A DNA stretch of 62,692 bases, counting the filler, from Hausera hauseri (lineage: Eukaryota), in the NCBI GenBank assembly GCA_046269625.1. It is 11 parts of 11 records of this genome, joined end to end, with 100 filler letters (N's around TTAATTAATTAA, not from the genome) between each part and the next. Parts side by side here need not be neighbours in the genome. Positions count along the whole stretch, not along the records: positions 56,616 to 62,692 come from JBJURY010144647.1; 10 more parts are not named here. One strand, written 5' to 3'. The notes below the pieces were generated by a model. That model searched no databases. It saw only the letters and a list, made by a program, of their open reading frames with translations, and was not told where the DNA came from. Both the position numbers and the translations under genes were made by a program. Shown here in pieces: positions 59,601 through 62,692 of this stretch; position 1 is the first letter of the stretch; each line of letters begins with the position of its first letter.

Positions 59601-62600
59601 TCTATCTCCCTATCTCTCGATCTCTCTATTTCTCGATCTCTCTATCTCTCTACCTATCTCTCTCTCTACCTATCTGTCTATCTGTCTATCTGTCTGTCTC
59701 TTTATATGTCTACCTCTCTATCTCTCTATCTCTCTATCTCTCTGTCTCTCTATATCTCTATCTCTCTACCTATCTATCTGCCTCTATCGCTCTATCTCTC
59801 TTTCTATATCTACATTTACCTATTTAACTCTCTATATCTCTATCTATCTATCTCTCTACCTCTCTATCTCTCCATCTATCTATCTCTCTATCACCCTATC
59901 TACCTATCTATCTCTCTATTTGCCTATCTCGCTATATCTCTATCTCCCTTTCTCTCTATCTATCTATCTTTCTATCTGTCTATCTCTCCATCTCTCTATG
60001 TCTATCTCGGTATCTCTCTTTCTCTCACTCTCTCTATCTCTCTATCCCTCTACATCTCTATCTATCTATCTCTCTATCTTAGTATCTCTCTATCTCTCTA
60101 TCTGTCTAAATCTCTCTCTCTCTCTATTTTTCTATCTCTCTATCACTCCATCTACATCTTTATCTGTAACTCTCTCTCTATATCTACCTCTCTAACTATC
60201 TACTTCGCTATCTATCTCTCTAACTCTCTGTCTTCCTACCTATCTATCCATCTCTCTATCTCTCCATATCTCTATCTCTCTATCTCTCTAAATTTCTATC
60301 TCTGTATAACTATGTATCAATCTCTCTATCTCTCTATCCCTCTATCTCGCTATCTCGGTATAGCTCTATCTCTCTATCTCTCCCTCCCTCTATCTCTCTA
60401 TCTCTCTATCTATCTATATCTATCTCTCTATCTCTGTACCTCTGTATCTCTCTATCTCTCCACCTCCATATATCTATCTCCCTACGCTCTACCTCTTTAT
60501 CTCCCTATCTCTCCATCTCTATATCTCTCTACCTCTCTATCTCCATTTATCTATCTCTCTATCTCTATCTCTCTATCTATTTAACTCTCTATTTCTCTAT
60601 CTCTCTATCTCTCTATCTCCATGTATTATCTATTTCTCTATCCCTCTAGTTTTCTGTCTCTGTATTTCTCTATCTATCTATGTCTCTATCTCTCTACCTA
60701 TCTATCTGCATCTTTATCTCTCTATCTATCTCTATATCTACCTCTCTACCTATCTATCTCTGTATCTCTGTATCTCTCTGTCTCTCTACCTCTCTATCTC
60801 TCCATTTATCTACCTCTCTGTTTCTCTATTTCCCTATCTCTCTATGTCTCTATCTGTCTGTCTTTCTATGTCTATATCAATCTATCTCTCTATCTCTCTA
60901 TCTCTCTACCTCTCTATCTTTCTATATCTCTATCTATCTCTCAATCTCTCTATGTTTATCTCTCTACGTCTCTATGTCTCTATCTCTTTATACCTCTATG
61001 TCTCTATCTCTCTATCTATGTATCTCTGTGTCTCTCTATCTTTCTATCTCCACATATCTCTATCTGTCTGTCTCTCTATCATTCTGTCTCTCTATCTCCC
61101 TATCTCCTTATCTCTCTATCTCTATATCTCGCTATATCTATATCTCTATCTCTCTATCTCTCTATCTCTATCCTGTTATATCTCTATCTCTCTGTCTATA
61201 TCTTTACCTCTCTTTCTCTCTATTTCTCTATGTCTATCTATCTATATCACTATCTCTTCATTTCTCTATCCCTGTATCTCTCTATCTATCTATCTCCATA
61301 TATACCTCTCTATCTATCTATCTCTTTATATCTCTCTATCTGTCTATCTCTCTACCTCTCTGTGTCTATCTCTCTATATCTCTATCTCTCTATCTCTCTA
61401 TCATTATCCCTCTATCTCTGTATCTATCTATCTCTGTATCTCTTTATCTCTGTATCTCTGTATCTCTCTACCTCCATATATCTCTATCTCTCTAGCTCTC
61501 TAGCTCTCTATCTATTTATCTCTCTATCTCTTTATCTTTCTATCTCCCTATCTCTCTATACCTATCTCTCTAACTCTCTATCTCGTTATCTTTCTATCTA
61601 TCTCTGTATATCTCTATTTCTCTATGTTTCTATTTCACTATACCTCTATCTAACTCCCTATCTCTATATCTATCTCTCTGTCTGCCTCTCTATCTCTCTA
61701 TCTGTCTTCCTCTCTATTTCTACATATCACTGTCTCTCTGTCCCTCTATCTTTCTAACTCTCTATCTCTCTTTCTCTCTAGCTCTCTATGTCTCTATCTC
61801 TCTACCTATCTATCTGCGTCTCTATCCCTCTCTCTATATCTACCTCTTTTCAAATCTACCTCTCTATCTCTCTATCTTTCTATCACTCTAACTCTATCTC
61901 CTTATCTCTTTGTCTCGCTATCTCTCCATTTCTTTATCTGTCTATCTATATCTCTATTACTCTATCTCTCTATCATTCTATCTTCCTCTCTATCTCTTTA
62001 TCTCTCTCTCTATATCTACCTCTCTACCTCTCTATATCTCAAACGCTCTACCTCTCTATTTTCTGTATATATGTATCTCTGTATCTCTCTATCTCCATAT
62101 ATCTCTATCTCTCTATCTCTCTATCCCTCTATCTCTCTATCTGTCTATCTCTCTATCTCTATCTCTCTATCTCGCTATCTCTATTTCTCTATCTCTCTTT
62201 CTCTCTATCATTCTATCTTCCTCTCTATCTTTCTATCTCTCTATATATCTACCTCTATACATATCTGTCTCTCTAATTCTCTATCTCTCTATCTCTCTAC
62301 CTCTCAATCTCTCCATCTCTCTAAATCTCTATCTCTCTATCTCTTAATCTCTTTACCTATCTATTTCTCTATATCTCTATATATCAAACTCTCTATCTCT
62401 CAATATCTCTATCTCTCTAGCTATATCTCTATATCTCTATCTCTATATCTCTTTATTTCTCTATCTATCTATATCTTTCTATATCTCTGTCTCTCTATCT
62501 CTCTATCTCTCTATCTCTATATCTCTCTATATCTCTATCTCTATATCTCTCTATCTCGCTGTCTCTCTATCTCCCTATCTCTCTAGTTGTCTATCTCTCT

Positions 62601-62692
62601 ATCTCTCTATCACTCTATTTCTCTATATATCTGTATCTCTGTATCTCTCTATCTTCATATATCTCTATCTCTCTATTTCTCTATCTCTCTAT
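56616..62692. repeat. Degenerate (CTAT/CT)n pyrimidine-rich simple-sequence satellite (GATA/GA on the minus strand)
   Basis: 6 kb of CTCTAT, CTAT and CTCTCTAT units; all ORFs here are Leu/Ser/Tyr/Ile low-complexity artefacts. Confidence 0.97.

Noticed and set aside
56807-62586. Long hydrophobic membrane-protein ORFs
   Set aside because: Translations of stop-poor CT/CTAT repeats, open in several frames at once.
1-62692. A single clustered defence-island-like system (TIR, dynamin, SND1, RING, UBL)
   Set aside because: The pieces lie on separate, artificially joined contigs and are mostly pseudogenised; co-occurrence in this window is not evidence of linkage.

Overview
This window is not one contiguous locus. 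It is 11 short (about 4-8 kb) AT-rich contigs joined by ten identical 100-nt artificial linkers (N44-TTAATTAATTAA-N44), so adjacency across linkers carries no information. The DNA is eukaryotic, probably from an invertebrate animal: there is a clean GT-AG intron in an RRM1-like gene and metazoan-type transposons. Nearly all of it is repeat or decayed mobile DNA. (1) Three CsRn1-clade Ty3/Gypsy retrotransposon copies. (2) One Gypsy element with an env-like extension. (3) An LTR element ending in a RING-finger ORF. (4) Maverick/Polinton pieces: pPolB, ATPase, penton, core protein and two major capsid copies. (5) A full-length Tc1 (DD34E) element and hAT relics. (6) A ~67-bp hairpin satellite plus (TTCG)n and (CTAT/CT)n simple repeats. 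(7) Broken host-gene copies: PPOX, a TIR domain, SND1, RRM1 and a duplicated dynamin-like GTPase. The best candidate for a new system is that two diverged Gypsy copies encode a ~70-75 aa ubiquitin-like domain ending in (L/I)RIRGG fused in frame directly before the Gag methionine, and the third copy has KRKGG at the equivalent position. This suggests a leader-UBL-Gag polyprotein processed by host deubiquitinases. All homology calls come from motifs recognised by eye; no searches were run.
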